A stretch of DNA of 63,318 bases, counting the filler, from Asterionella formosa (Eukaryota): NCBI GenBank assembly GCA_002256025.1. It is 12 parts of 12 records of this genome, joined end to end, with 100 filler letters (N's around TTAATTAATTAA, not from the genome) between each part and the next. Parts side by side here need not be neighbours in the genome. Positions count along the whole stretch, not along the records: positions 23,982 to 47,849 come from NKIB01002380.1; 11 more parts are not named here. One strand, 5' to 3'. Positions 33,369-46,590 of this stretch are shown in pieces (the first letter of the stretch is position 1; every line of letters begins with the position of its first letter). Under the pieces are notes generated by a model, which saw nothing but the letters and a program-made list of their open reading frames with translations, was not told the origin of the DNA and made no database searches. Position numbers and translations under genes: made by a program.

Positions 33369-35567
33369 ATGGAATACTTACCACGATGGCAAATTGTTGT
33401 TTTAGCCACGATTGTGCTTGCATCGTCAGTTTCAGGCTTTATCCCCAAGCCGAACCAACTGCAGTTGCGGATAGGGCGAGATTCTTCTCTTCTTCGATCC
33501 ACTGCCCCCATAGCGGCATTGCAAGATATGACAGTCAAAGAGCTCCGCAAACTCCTAAAGGATTCAAATCTACAGGAACGCGGCTTGTTATCTAAGCTCA
33601 AACGAAAAGAAGATTTGCTGAAGTTCTTGCAAGAGCATTTACAAATTGAAGGGTGTGACAAAGGGTCACCCACAACTGACAGTCAAACTGACAGTCCAAC
33701 TGAGGGTATCCCTTCAACCCCGACATCTCGAATACGTGTGGCTATGCCTCCTTTGGCGCCCGATGGATACACTCCTTCTGGTTTTTCTTCTACTCAGCAA
33801 GATCCTCTCGCTAATAGGGATCGATTTTTCGAGCAAATTTACGAAATGTACCCACCGCTTCGAAGCAACAATTGTACTGCTCTTGGCGAAGATGACGTTC
33901 GTCAGCAATATCATCCAATGCTACAGAATGCGGCTGTCAGCGATATGGATTTAATTTGTGTGGGAACTGCGAGCTGTACACCAGGTGCTTCTCGAGGGGT
34001 TTCATGTACGGCTCTGCGGTTGAATTGGAGACGACGCTACCACCCCAGTGACGGCGAAAACCTGCCGGAACACACTAGTTTTACTGGAGGCACGTGGTTG
34101 TTTGACGTGGGAGAATGCACACAGGTAAGGGAAGAAGGCATGGAAGCCTAAAATCATTCAACTGCAAATGACGAAACACAGATGCTGGCACCAGTCTGAG
34201 GCCGAATTTAAATTGTTCTCGGTTCTATTATGATACTCTTCTTATACATTATCGGATGCAGATCCAAGGGCTCAACGATCGTGAATGTCCAATCTATGTT
34301 TACTCAATGCTTTTTCTCCTTCTGGTTATGCAGCTGCAGATCCAACGTACCAATCGTGTTAGACCAACCAAGATCACCAAGATTTTCCTCACGCATGCGC
34401 ACGGAGATCACAGTTTCGGGCTTCCAGGTCTATTGTGCCTCATGGGCCAAGATCGTGACCGAGAGGCACCACCAGTCGACATATATGGTCCTGAAGGGCT
34501 TCGAATGTGGCTCAGGGTTGCGATTCGGTATTCAGTGTCAAGGATTGTCCCTAAGTACCGAGTTCATGAAATCATTGGCATCCCAATGGCACCAGAATGG
34601 GAGCTAAACCGTAGGACTGGAAGATACTTTTACAAAGTCGGTTTAGATCAGGCTCAGATCAAATGGGGCAGCAAAGGGTTAGCTGGAGAAGACAAGGATA
34701 GTTGGATTAGTAGATGCTCTACGATTGACTTACCTCCGTCAGATTTGTTTGGGGAACTTCAAGGTGGAAGGTGAGTGCCTTCGGAACTGCTGTGAATTCA
34801 TTTTGAAAGCCTGCCTCACACTGCGATGTAACTACGCTCTGTACAGAGATATTTTTCCTAAATATGATCACCCGCTCGCCAGTGGTGGCGCTCCAATTTG
34901 GGAAGTCGAAGATGAAGATGACGTGAAGGTTTATGCTGCCCCCATGTCCCATGGTGTCCCTTGTTTGGGCTACGTTGTTGAGGAACAGAACAGACCCGGT
35001 CGTCTTCGCAACGAATTCGTGGAACCAATTGTAAAGCGAAATATTCAAGATCTCGCAAATGCTGGCTTCAAAATTCCAATGAAAGTAATGGCTGTCATCA
35101 AGAACCTGCCAATTGGTTCTGCCTTCACTTTTCCAGATGGGACAGTATTGACCCAGGAAGACGCCGTTGAACCCCCACGAAAAGGCCGCAAAGTTGTCAT
35201 TTGTGGAGATACTGCGGATGCACGAGCTCTCGAAAAAGCGGCAATGAATGCTGATGTTGTAGTACACGAAGCAACAAACACATTCTTGCCTGGTATTGAT
35301 AAGAACTCGAGCCTTGGAATGGTCATGAGAGATGCACAAGTCCATGGGCATTCAACTCCTCATCTAGCTGGAAGGTTCGCTCGACGAATCAACGCCAAGC
35401 GCCTTCTTTTAAATCACTTTAGCGCCCGCTATAAAGGAGACCAAGCAGTGGAAAGTGTTGCCATCATGACAAAATTCGAGAATCAGGCAAAGAAAGCCAG
35501 TGGTCTTGACACATCTGATGTTGTGGCTGCTTGGGATTTTCTAATGCTGCCTATCCCGCAAAAGTAG
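33369..35567 (+). CDS. rnz: Ribonuclease Z (short bacterial-type tRNase Z), probably plastid-targeted, with a SAP-like N-terminal domain; exons 33369-34124, 34334-34770, 34847-35567
   Basis: Motifs GTASCTP, FDVGE, THAHGDH, HGVP, GDT, HEAT, HST and HFSARY; signal peptide ending SVSG-F; both introns GT-AG and in frame. Confidence 0.9.
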
Positions 35568-35675
35568 CTAGCTATTCTCTCACGACTTGCTCTGTTTTCG
35601 TTTAGCAGATCCCAGCATTCTCGATCATGGAAACATACAAATATATGTTTGTGCATGTCATCCATACATTAGGGC

Positions 35676-36745
35676 AATTCCTGCTCCAGCTATTGTATGT
35701 CTAAGTAATTTTTACACTCCAAGTAATTTTTATTTAGGGGCAATAATATGTAACCACACTTTTTGCGAAGTATAAAGGCAAGTTTCCAAAAGACTACTAC
35801 AGTATCACAGCACTGATCACAGAGCTACAGCAACCTATGTGACCAGATAGTTAATTATGCCTAAAAACAACCAATTCACCATTACAAAAGGGGCTATCCA
35901 AGTGACCAACCAAGCAGAGAAAGAATGAATCAATCATATGGGACAGATCCAAAAGATAGTAATGAAATTCGATAGAATGAGAATGGAGAAAGAGGAGGAG
36001 ATACAAAAGCAGACAAAGGTTCTTAATGCAGGAGCAGTGAACAAAAAAGGTGATTGCATGGACATCTGGGTGTTTGACACAAGCACTACAATTGGGGAAT
36101 TCATGGCAATGGTATCAACACAAGGAGAGCAGAAGGAGAAACATGCAAAAGGCAACTAGAGACACAAAAAATGAAAAAAATGTTACCCCCTTTTTCAAGA
36201 CTGTGAGTGCTATTACAGTGCAAGAAGAAGAATACAAGAATGGCGATGTGCTAAGCAAATATTGATTAGAATGAAGAAGACAGAGAAATAAAGAAGTCAC
36301 CAATGAAGAAATTGCGCCAGAGCTAGATGCACTGTTCAAAGCAATAATTCAATGATGACAAAGACAATGAAGAAAAAGACAAAAACAACAAGTTGGAAGC
36401 CCTGGAGTTATCAAATATTATGGATACTTCTAATAGAACCACCATCAGTGGGGCCCAGATGAAAAGGAGTGCTTGAGCACTCCTGCTACTTGTGTCAGGT
36501 AACAGCTATGTGCATGGTTGCAGCAGCCAGATTATCTACACTACATAATGATGCAGATCTCAACTGAGTTCAGCTTTTTTCTTCTTTTCTGCATTATTTT
36601 GCTCTTTGATTGTGTGATGGAAAAAAGTCAATGTTGCCTGTGTAAGTACTACAATACATATGCCTCCACTGAAACTCAAATTTTTACTTCATTTCTAACC
36701 CAAAACAATTTTTTCTTTTTCTCATTTGACACTACTCATTACATT
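35676..36745. mobile_element. Old degenerate dispersed repeat, copy A
   Basis: Shares AATTCC.GCTC.AGC...AAGTAATTTTTATTTAGGGGCAAT with 45960-46056; 36490-36745 is the reverse complement of about 46222-46490. Confidence 0.55.
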
Positions 36746-37794
36746 GAGTCGATAGTGGATCAGTCTGTGTCCTATGGTTGTCAGGATAAGAGTAGGTGCT
36801 TGGTAATTATATATAAGAAGCTTAATGATTAGTGTATCTATATTAGCTCATAGTTAGAGGGACTCACAAGGGCCTTGATGGACAGGCTATGCACTAGGTG
36901 TCACGTTTAGCCTAGCATTGGTACATCTATGGTGTAATATCGATTATTGGTGCATCTAAGGCAGCTACACTGAATTGGCTAACAAAACCTATGGTCCTCC
37001 AGTACCATTTGCAGATGCTAAATCAGGCAGGAAAGGCAACTAATTCACTAATACCACCAGCCTAAGGATGATGCAACTACTGCGAAAAAATGCAAATGAT
37101 ATGATTTTTTCTAGCCATCACATATAAAATTAACCACATGTATGATAAAATTTTGATCAATAGCTTGAGCCACTTTGACCAGTTTTGTCACTTTTAAATG
37201 AGATAGATCTCAATTAATATATGTTCAAGCATAAAAATGATCGGATTCTCATGCAGCTTAATGAAATAACTAATATCTTGCCAAAGGGGAAAGAGGGGAT
37301 CGATTTTAGCATACATCTAGAAATAGTATGAAAACAATATATAAAGTTGCTCAAAGCCATTTATAACTGAAGTACGATCAGGTAGTCGTTTTTATAGTGT
37401 GCCAGCGATACTAGAAGAGACATTTGACCTATGTACCGGTTATATCAAGTTGGAATTGGAATACCCGGTACGAGTATAAGTATTGCCGGTACGAAGTCGA
37501 ACGTGGAACTAGATCTAGCAAAATTACCGCAAACAAACTGCCCTGCTGGAACCCTTCTCGGCGGCTACTTGCCTTCTCGTACTTAACATGTGTACTCGTT
37601 GGCAAGTACGACCATCGCTGTCGGGCGTGTCTTGCCTTTGTGTTGAGCAAACCAAAATAATTGTTAAAAATGACGACTCTATAGACTGAAGTTACCTTCA
37701 TCGTCGGATTTCCGTGAGCACAAGTCTTACTTTACCGTTATTATGAATTTGAAGAGATTGTAGAAGAAAGAAAGAAACAACGAATGGAAATAGA

Positions 37795-38640
37795 ATGAAA
37801 CAACATAGCATCGTTCCCAGGGTTATGTTTCTGCTAATGACTGTTCGTCTGCAATGGTGCGATTCTCTTTCACTTTGTGATACATCGCGAAGGATGATAT
37901 TGGAGCACACTATAATGGGATACTTCGCTACGTTTCTTCCGAATGGGGCCTGGGCATATAGTTCGCCATCTACTCTCGAGAACTTTCGGTACAACGAGGC
38001 TTGGACTGGGACGGATTTGCAACTTTTGGATATAGAGGAGGCTAGCCAGCGACTTATTTGGGGCATGGGAAGATGGCCTGACCCAATCCTGAGACGGTCG
38101 GCTGCAGGCGTAGACGAGAAATGGTTTGGAACCCAAACTCTTCGACGAGTCACGGAACTTCTAGAAAAGACCGCTACGAGGAACAAAGCTGTTGGCTTGG
38201 CCGCACAGCAATGTGGAGTGAACGCAAGGATTGTTTACATTAAACTGCGCCGACCCGTTGTCATGGTGAATCCGCAAATTGTGGGTCGATCTGATGAACA
38301 AAACATGAAAGTATGGCAAGAGTACTGTCTTGTTTTACCGCCTAACTTTAAGGCTACGGTCTTGCGCGATTCTTGGGTTGATCTTGAATTCAGGAATTGG
38401 CAGGGCGAGAGTCATCTTGTAAGGCTAAAAGGTGAGGCAGCTAGAGCTGCTCAACACGAGCTTGACCATGATCGAGGTATTCTAACTCTTGATCATATTG
38501 CGCTGGATGAGATGGAGACTGATTTGATGAGATCGATTGAAAGAGAAGGTCATGACCAACGGATGCGCCTAGCTTATTCACGATTCATTATTGAACCCAA
38601 ATCGAAGGCAGTTACTAGAAACACAGGGAGCGGGAATTAG
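37795..38640 (+). CDS. Peptide deformylase-like protein with an organellar presequence
   Basis: DPILR, VGLAAQQCG, VMVNP.I, EYCL, AARAAQHELDH.RGIL. Confidence 0.8.
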   Translation: MKQHSIVPRVMFLLMTVRLQWCDSLSLCDTSRRMILEHTIMGYFATFLPNGAWAYSSPSTLENFRYNEAWTGTDLQLLDIEEASQRLIWGMGRWPDPILRRSAAGVDEKWFGTQTLRRVTELLEKTATRNKAVGLAAQQCGVNARIVYIKLRRPVVMVNPQIVGRSDEQNMKVWQEYCLVLPPNFKATVLRDSWVDLEFRNWQGESHLVRLKGEAARAAQHELDHDRGILTLDHIALDEMETDLMRSIEREGHDQRMRLAYSRFIIEPKSKAVTRNTGSGN

Positions 38641-39469
38641 TTCATTATTTTTCACGCTTGTCATCTATTCCATTCAACATTTGTCCTGAAACGAAGATGC
38701 CAGTTTTTGTACTGTTATGTATATATCAATAAAAGTTGGGATTACCATGAGAATGAAGCTGGGAAAACCCTACCACGAAGTAGGTTTTAACAATAAATAT
38801 AACTCTATTTTACGATACTACATACATTTTTTACGCACACACAAAATTAGCTTTCACCATTCAGCTCATTTGCGTCCAGCAAGAGTTGCATCAAAACCGT
38901 TTTATTGGCTGGCTCCTGAGCAGCTCAAAAACTAAATAATCAAAGAATATCCTTCCAATAGATAGGAACAAGAATCACTTAAAAAATATATTCGCTTGGT
39001 TTTCAATCATTCATAATACATTTCTAATACCATCTTTATTCTACAATGACAACCAGAGACAGAACCTGCTTCTCGCAATGATCAGTCACTAAGACTGCCA
39101 TGTGTAAGTAACATGATGAGAATTGAGGTGCTATTTGACCATGTGCATGAAAAAGGTAAAAGAAGCTGGGGTTTGTCTTTTTAATTTGTCTCCATCATGT
39201 CATTGACAACCAGCTATAAGGCAGATACCCATGCCATATGCATGGAGGATACAGCCATGACACGTTTGCATATAAATTTACATTTTATTTTATATGTTCA
39301 CTTCTTTACTTTTTCTTTTCACTTCTTTCTCTTTCCTTCATTGCTCTCTTGTTATCATTTGATTGCACTTGGTTCTCACTGAGTGTTCCTCTGTTTATCA
39401 AGACCCACACCCAAGCTCCTCTACATTGACCAATCAATGTTATGAATTCTAATGAGATGACAGAAAAGA

Positions 39470-39628
39470 TTTTTGCTAGTAATTTGGCTCTCATGCCAAA
39501 AACTGCAATTTTATTACATGCAAAAGATTCAAATTGCCTCATATTGCCCCTAACATAGAATTTCTTGGTGTCTTTATTATTGCTAAGAAGCACAGGAAGG
39601 GCAAGGCAATGCTGGAGAGAGGGAATTA
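39470..39628 (-). mobile_element. Degenerate terminus of the same repeat family, copy B
   Basis: Reverse complement reads AATTCCCTCTCTCCAGC...CTTCTTAGCAAT...TTAGGGGCAATATGAGGCA, alignable with 45960-46062. Confidence 0.5.
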
Positions 39629-40035
39629 GAATTCTTGCTCAAATGAATGCAGCTGGGACGTTTCAAATTTGATAACAATTAGAGTCATTCTATGTACTGT
39701 GCAACATTTTATGGAAGGTTCAATCTGGTCCATCTCCGCCGTTGGTGTACCTGGGTACCGGTAGTATGACCGGTATCATCCTTCTGGTTGGCTACTCGAT
39801 CCTGCCTGTTCTTGCTTTGATTTGTTCGCTCCTGTTGCACCCACCATTCGTTCGTTTGTTCGGTGTGACGTATCTATGTACCGATATGTGTACCAGGTAG
39901 CTACGAGGTACGGAGGACCCACTGCATAATAACGATTTTCACCCGGGTTGAATTTCCGATTCAACAAGCCTTAAAATTTGACACAGTTTATCATCATTCC
40001 ACTACAGGGAGCGGTGGGAGTAAGGTAATAGGAAG

Positions 40036-41131
40036 ATGGCGCCAGTAAACAAGCCAAAACACCAGGGAAAGGCTGTCGTGGCTGGAGCTACAGCTGGAGT
40101 CTTCGGTGAGTTTCCACTGATCAGTACAAGAATGAATGCGAACAAATTTGAAGATATCGGAATTGTGGATAGCGGACAGAACTAAGTTCCACCTACTCAC
40201 GCTGTCTATTTCACCTCTTTCATCCCCCATTTGTTTCTTAATCGTTTAGAAATATGCTGCACAGTAAGTATCCAGCGACATCGACCGTTAATTAGTTGAA
40301 ACTGGAGCTCATCGCCTTTGCTTTTGCTTCCTGTGATGTTAGTATCCTACGGAATACGTCAAAACGACAATGCAACTCTCGACTCGCCCTGTCACGGCAG
40401 GAAACGTCATGTCTACTACATATGCTAGTGGCGGTATCTTGGGTTTCTATAGAGGATTGTCGTCGATGGTCTATTTCGCTGCTCCGAAGGCTGCAATTCG
40501 GTTCGCAGCCTTCGAAAAATGTAGCGGAATGTTGACTGGTCCACATGGCGAGGATAAGTACAACTTGGGGCAAGGGAAGGGGTTCCTTGCTGGTCTCGGG
40601 GCTGGAGCAATGGAGGCGATCTTTGTAACCACTCCTCAGGAAACCATCAAGGTACGACTCGTCAACGACGCCTTTCGCACTGATGGACCACCACAGTATC
40701 GATCCTTCTTCCACGGAGTGAAGTCAATTGTGGCAGAGTTTGGGTTGTCTGGCGTGTACCGAGGCGTGGTTCCTACCGTGATCAAGGTGTCGACCGCGCA
40801 AGCAACCCGCTTTGGAGTATTTCAATGCATCCCCCCGGAACAGAGAGATTCACCCATCAAAGCTGCAGCATCTGGAGCGTTTGCTGGTGGCGTTAGTGTA
40901 TTGCTTTTCCAAGGCATTGACGTGGTCAAGTCGCGAATGCAAGGTTTGGAAGCTCACAAATACAGGTCGACGATTCATTGCGCTACAGAACTTCTGAAGA
41001 ACGAGGGACCAATGGCTTTCTACAAGGGTGTCGGGCCTCGTCTCACTCGAGTGTGCTTGGAAGTTGGAATAACAATGAGTTTGTACTCGGAAATCGTCAA
41101 GTTGCTTGATATGGTTTGGAAGACAGACTAA
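40036..41131 (+). CDS. Mitochondrial tricarboxylate (citrate) carrier, SLC25A1/CTP1-like; exons 40036-40105, 40250-40263 (14-nt micro-exon), 40343-41131
   Basis: Spliced [40 protein letters not shown]; three carrier repeats (PTEYVK, PQETIK, IDVVK); citrate-carrier features PKAAIRF, DVVKSRMQGL and FYKGVGPRLTRVCL. Confidence 0.88.
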
Positions 41132-41319
41132 GCTTGTGTGTTGGAATGTATCCCATATTAGAATGAGATGGAACTTTCACTCCAGGGTACGTCAAACCTT
41201 TTCTGGCCTGTAGTAACGTCTGGAAATCATAGTCATTATCTACTACATAAGTCAACAAGACTCTACATAGCTGTTTTGCCATTAAGGTAGTAAATAGGTA
41301 GCCACTGGGACAATTCGAT

Positions 41320-44300
41320 CTACACGAAACTGATACCATCGGCCTGTTCTTCCTTGATTTGTTCAAGGCTGAGAAAGCCCTCCCGCTTTCTTTCATGCTC
41401 CTCGTTTGCTTTATGGGTTTCCTCTTGTTTCCAACATGCGTATACAGCTGCCAAACCGTCGACAAGTGTTCCAAACTCTCGTCTGATGCGAGCGATGTCG
41501 CGCATGTTGAACTTAAACTCTCCATTGTCAGTTATACTTTTTTCGAAATTATTGTTGCTATCGAACAAAGTGAAAATATTGTGACGGGTTTTGAACAAGG
41601 CGTATGCATATCTACATACAAAGACTCCACAATCCCAGCTATTGCTCTGGTAAGGAACTGCGAAACCAAATCGTCCACCGTGAGCAAGTATAGTTGAACA
41701 GAGTAGCATAAATTTTGTAGGAATAAGAGTATACTTACTTTTTGGAGCAAACACTTTCATGGTCGTCGTGTTAAAAGGGTCATCTGCCCGCGATAAATGA
41801 TTTGATGAGGAGTCGCTCATGTTCAAACGCTTCCACTCCGCGTTGAGCCAAGAGTTTACTTTCTTGGCTACAAGGTCCTTTTTGTGGGCCTTGAGAGAAT
41901 CAAAAAAAAGAATACATGGCAGAGGATCGTTTTCATTCTTCAGTTTTCGACCAATTTCTTTTGAATTGACTACAACGCATAAGGACCAATGCAGATTTTT
42001 GTTTATTGGGATGAATATCATCTTCTTCCTGAAAACATCAATATCCTTCTTTGCAGTCCAAGATTCCACAGCCTTCGGACCTCCCTTGGCAAGCGAAGAG
42101 TAAAAATGAGAAGTAAAGACATGAATGGATGATTCAACAGGGTTCTCCTTTCTCCGCATCCTGTAAAGCATCAAACAAGGCTTGTTGAGAAGTCAAAAGT
42201 GACACAGAAACAAGTATATCAACAGTACGTACCATTGCATCCAGAAGTCAATGAGGGTATCATTCAAGAATTCGGCTCCATCCAAACGTTCGCGGTCCTC
42301 TTGACGTATTGTCAAATAGTGCGCTCTTGCTGTAGTACTCTCAGCTTCATCATTTGCTTCGTAGTTCTTACTAGGTCGTGCAGTAATGTATGACACGTTT
42401 CCCTCGCTATTTGGATTGCAGCCGACGGCAGCCTCACCCAAATTATATGCAGCAGCGTCTATTGCCTCGTCGGTGGCTCCGAAGGGGAAAACAAGCAAAA
42501 TATCATTGTCTTTAGCGGATGGTGTCTTTTTACGTGTTCTCGTATCGCGAAATTTCTTGGTTGATCCAAGGCTCTTCCGGCGACCCTCCGCCTCTAGCTT
42601 GAGTTTAGTGAGTAACGAGCACGCATACGTTGCAAGTTCTTCTTCCTTCAACTTGTTTGAGTTCTCCGTAAAGAACGCTTTGAAAAAAGCGACCTGCGTC
42701 AGTTGGGCAAGCACCTTGCCAAACTCATCATTGTTCCGGAGATCTAATATTATGTATTTCTTTGCTGGATCCTCGATTTCCGAATGTTGAAGGTACGAAG
42801 TCATTCCCTTGAGACCGTTGGTTGTGGTAGGCTTAATTCGGAGGATAAAAATGCTTATCTCCTCTTCGTCGTCGACACTAGTAGACACTTTTTGCTGAGT
42901 GTATTTGATTTCCTCGACATCTTCAAAACGAATTATGTGTTTGGAGCTGTCTGGACTTTCTGGTGTTGAGTAGCTTAGAACTAAGTGCTCGACATGATCA
43001 TTGACTCTCAATTTGCAGTTAGATGAGAAAGATAAAACTCCAATGAACAATCGAGCTAGACTGAATTCGAACTGAGAATTGATACATGGAAATGGGTTAG
43101 CAATGTACATTTCAGACACACGACAATAACGAGAAGCCTATCATACCTCCTTCGATGGCTTTTCTGGCCCTTTTTCATGACCAACGTCGATATTGAGGGA
43201 AATGTATATTGAAAAATTAGAGATAAACGAAAAAATTTGGATGTGACATCGAGAACATGATGGCAAAGAGGATACACTTACAATACCATTGTCCCGAAGC
43301 GCTTGATGCGTGCTTAGTGGCTGTTTTCTGTTCGTTGTCGTCGAAGTATTCGTCGTCCAAGTTCACTATCGCATCTTTTTGGGTAATTTTTTGCATTTCT
43401 GTCTCCCCCCCACTTTTTCTAAGAAAAGTTGATCCAATTGTGATTCGATTTCCTTTCAATTTTCCAAACGCTACACCAAGGAGAAAGTGGTGTGAGCATC
43501 GAACGAAAAAAATATACTAAAAGTGAATATACCAACTTACGAAGGTTGCCATTGACTTTTGAGAAAGAGAAACTTTGATGCTTGTGTTGTTGTTTGCCTT
43601 TTTCGTTACTTTGCTTCACGCCCTCGGGCATTCTTCTGGTCCTCCCCAAAGTTAATGCATTGACATCGGGAAGGATAGGGACTACAGGCTTCCTAGGTGT
43701 ATGTTTCGTATTATAGGATTCGTTGTTGATGGTGGCAAGCACACTTGCCACACTTTTCTTGCCTTCTCCATTCCAAACCTTACATGTGCTCACCTTTATG
43801 TCGTCATATGGCGCATTTAAATTGAGCTGGGTGGGACTTGACTTGTGTCGGTGGTGCGTCGCTTGCCGCGGAGGACCAATGGATCCAGTGCTTCCCTCAA
43901 GCGAATTCGGAGAACCGGGGTTGCACAAAACACGATCCACACACCCATGTTGATTTTTGGCTTGTAATATTTGTGATTGTGTACTTTCCGTCGAGCTGGT
44001 ACCTTCATCGCATAAATCGACAATGTCTGCATTATTTCTTCTCATATCGTTGGACACACTTCTCATGACTTGTGCCATCAGGGTATTGCGTTCACCAAGG
44101 GCATTCTTTACTGATCGTGTAATCACACTGGCAAAGGCACCAACTCCTTTCGATTTACCGATCGAAAGATCATGCAATCTTCCATGACTAGTTTTCGGTC
44201 GCTTGTTTATTCCGAAAATCTCCTCGTGATGAGCGGGTCTATAATACACTTGCCTGCTTGCTACAGCACTGCCGCCTTGACGTTGACGGGCTTCTTCTAA

Positions 44301-44510
44301 GGGGCCGCTTGATTCTTTTTTCCGCACAGTATTGAAGTCATTCCTAAGATTTTTGCGCTTTGATTGTACTTTTGATTCTGGAGTTCTCATGTACTCGAGA
44401 GATCTCGTTGTGCCTTCATTGAGCCAGGAGTCGTCTCCGTTTGGATTTATGAAACTGTATGTAAGGTTGTCGTCGAGAGAGGGCAAGTGGCGTTTCCTTT
44501 CGTTCGACAT
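41320..44510 (-). CDS. ULP2/SENP6-7-like SUMO protease (peptidase C48), about six exons
   Basis: FLNDTLIDFW, HVFTSHFY, IFIPIN..LHWSL, FDSL and, after splicing, IPYQSNSWDCGVF (His/Asp/Cys triad with oxyanion Gln); GT-AG introns join the track ORFs in frame; ATG at 44510 is inferred. Confidence 0.85.
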
Positions 44511-45959
44511 GATCTGGTAACAAATCGAACACAAGACAAGAGAAAGGAATGCGGCGCGGGGTCGTAAATCACAACCTAGAAGACTACAACGAGTCGATGA
44601 AATATAAGGTGGACCCTTCCACAATCAGAAATGTGCTCTTTCGCCTCTATACGTATGCACAGAAACTCTGTTGCTCGTAAATGAGTAGAAGCTTCGAAAC
44701 ACTATATGAATATTGCTTCTTACTTAGTTGAAGGGCAAAAGATGAGCTTTGACGACCAACAGCAGCTACAATGGGTTGTTCTATATTTCTTTTCTTATAT
44801 TGCTAGACCCCATCCTCACACATCCCATCCCGCCCATGACAAATATATATATGGAGCGAGGAGCGAGTTGATCAGATGCCAGAAACCCGGATCTAGGTAA
44901 AACGTCTACCTATAATTCTCGATAAAGGGCTTAATATTTCTTGGGTCAGAACTTTGACTTCTGTCGGGGTTTTTGTTTGTCCTCCTAAATTACATTGGTG
45001 AGCTTTCTTATCTACTAGTATATTTTATTGTAGTAAATGAAACACAAATAATCAGGCACACTCACCCACATATCAATTTTTTTCCAACAACACATTCACA
45101 GAGCTTGTGCCATCCTTATGGCAATGGAAACCATGTGTGTCCAAGCAACACATACTGGCTGCATCTTTGCAGGGATCCATGGTGAACTCAGATGATGAGG
45201 GAACAACATAAGGGTTTGGAACATTGGGGATGAACTGGTAATGGCAGGTAGGGTTAGGGTTAAGAGGCGCCACCATTAGTTCACCATGAGGATGGGGAAA
45301 AAGTGTTGCATTCTTGTGTTGCTGCCAAGCAGCAAATTCGCCACTGAATGCAGCTGCATCAGTGTCATTATCATCATGAGGCAATGGAGATCTCATGACA
45401 GAGGGCATTCAGGGAAGGGATCAGTACCTTGTGTGTGTTGAAAGGGAGAAAGCATGCAATGGATGGTGGCAGCAGCACCTACATTAACAAGGAACTGAGA
45501 TTCTAAAGTAGTCAGTATTTAACTAGCAGCTGTAGAGGGGCCAGTACTTATGAGAATGAAGCACTTAGTACTACAGAAATCTTGGTAGCATATACGGAGT
45601 AACCAGTATTTGGTACCAACAACTCCACCTTACTACAAATACCAAAATAGAGATACCTGTAGTACCAGTAAAAATCTGCCATGACCCATTGAGTTGGGTT
45701 TTTTTGTTTGACTCCTCCGAATATACGTAAATTCTACCAAATTGCGGACCCATTTGTTCAATAGTGTCAGAGCAGTATCGATCAATCAAGCTGTAGTGTT
45801 AAAATTCTCATTGAACGATTTCATCAGAAGATACAATGATTACAAAACAGCTAAAAAGTGAATTCAATGGGTCACAAACGTATATACTTTTTTCAAGATA
45901 AGTGTATACAAAAAATATATATACATTTTCGAGAATGGATTAGGTCATGTGATAAAAGC

Positions 45960-46590
45960 AATTCCCGCTCTAGCTATCATCTTGCCATTCGGGTACTTCT
46001 TAGTAATTTTTAGGCACTAAGTAATTTCTTAAGTAATTTTTATTTAGGGGCAATATGAGGCACATCAAATTTTTTGGCATTAAAATTGCCGATTTTAGCA
46101 TGAAGTAACGGTAATGCACATAGAAATGGTACAACAAGCATAAAACACACAAGAATGATTATAACATGCAACATCAATGAAAATTGAACATGATGTTTGG
46201 AGCAACAAAAGTATGAAATGAGATGTAATAAGTAGCATCAAATGAGAAATAGAAAATATTGTTTTGGGTTAGAAATGAAGTAAAAAATAGGAGTTTCAAT
46301 GGAGACATAGCTATGCATTGTGACTCATTGTAGTACTTAGACAGGCAACATTGACTTTCCATCACCACACAATCAAAGACCGAAAGAAGAAGAAAAAAAG
46401 CTGAACCCAATTTAGACCTGCATCGTTATGTAGCCTAGATGATCTGGTTGCTGCAACCATGCACATCGCTGTAGTAGCCTGACACCAGTAGTAGCAGTCT
46501 TTCTGCCACAGTCATTCCTCCCACCTAACAAGCAACCCTGATCATTCCATTCTGAGCGAGCGTGATCGCCAGCACGCTGCTCCAGCACTA
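45960..46590. mobile_element. Old degenerate dispersed repeat, copy C
   Basis: Homologous to 35676-35745 (direct), 39470-39628 (inverted) and 36490-36745 (inverted). Confidence 0.55.

Noticed and set aside
36518..36832. Short ORF similar to the ORF at 46174-46410 (possible small gene family)
   Set aside because: Similarity is explained by the underlying dispersed repeat; indels shift frames and there is no coding signature
43200..43220. Apparent non-canonical CAA splice acceptor in the SUMO protease gene
   Set aside because: A downstream AAG acceptor near 43170 keeps the same frame, so no unusual splicing is needed
45073..45408. ORF with 'THGFHCHKDG', faintly like a Helitron Rep motif
   Set aside because: Single short motif with no other Rep or helicase motifs visible
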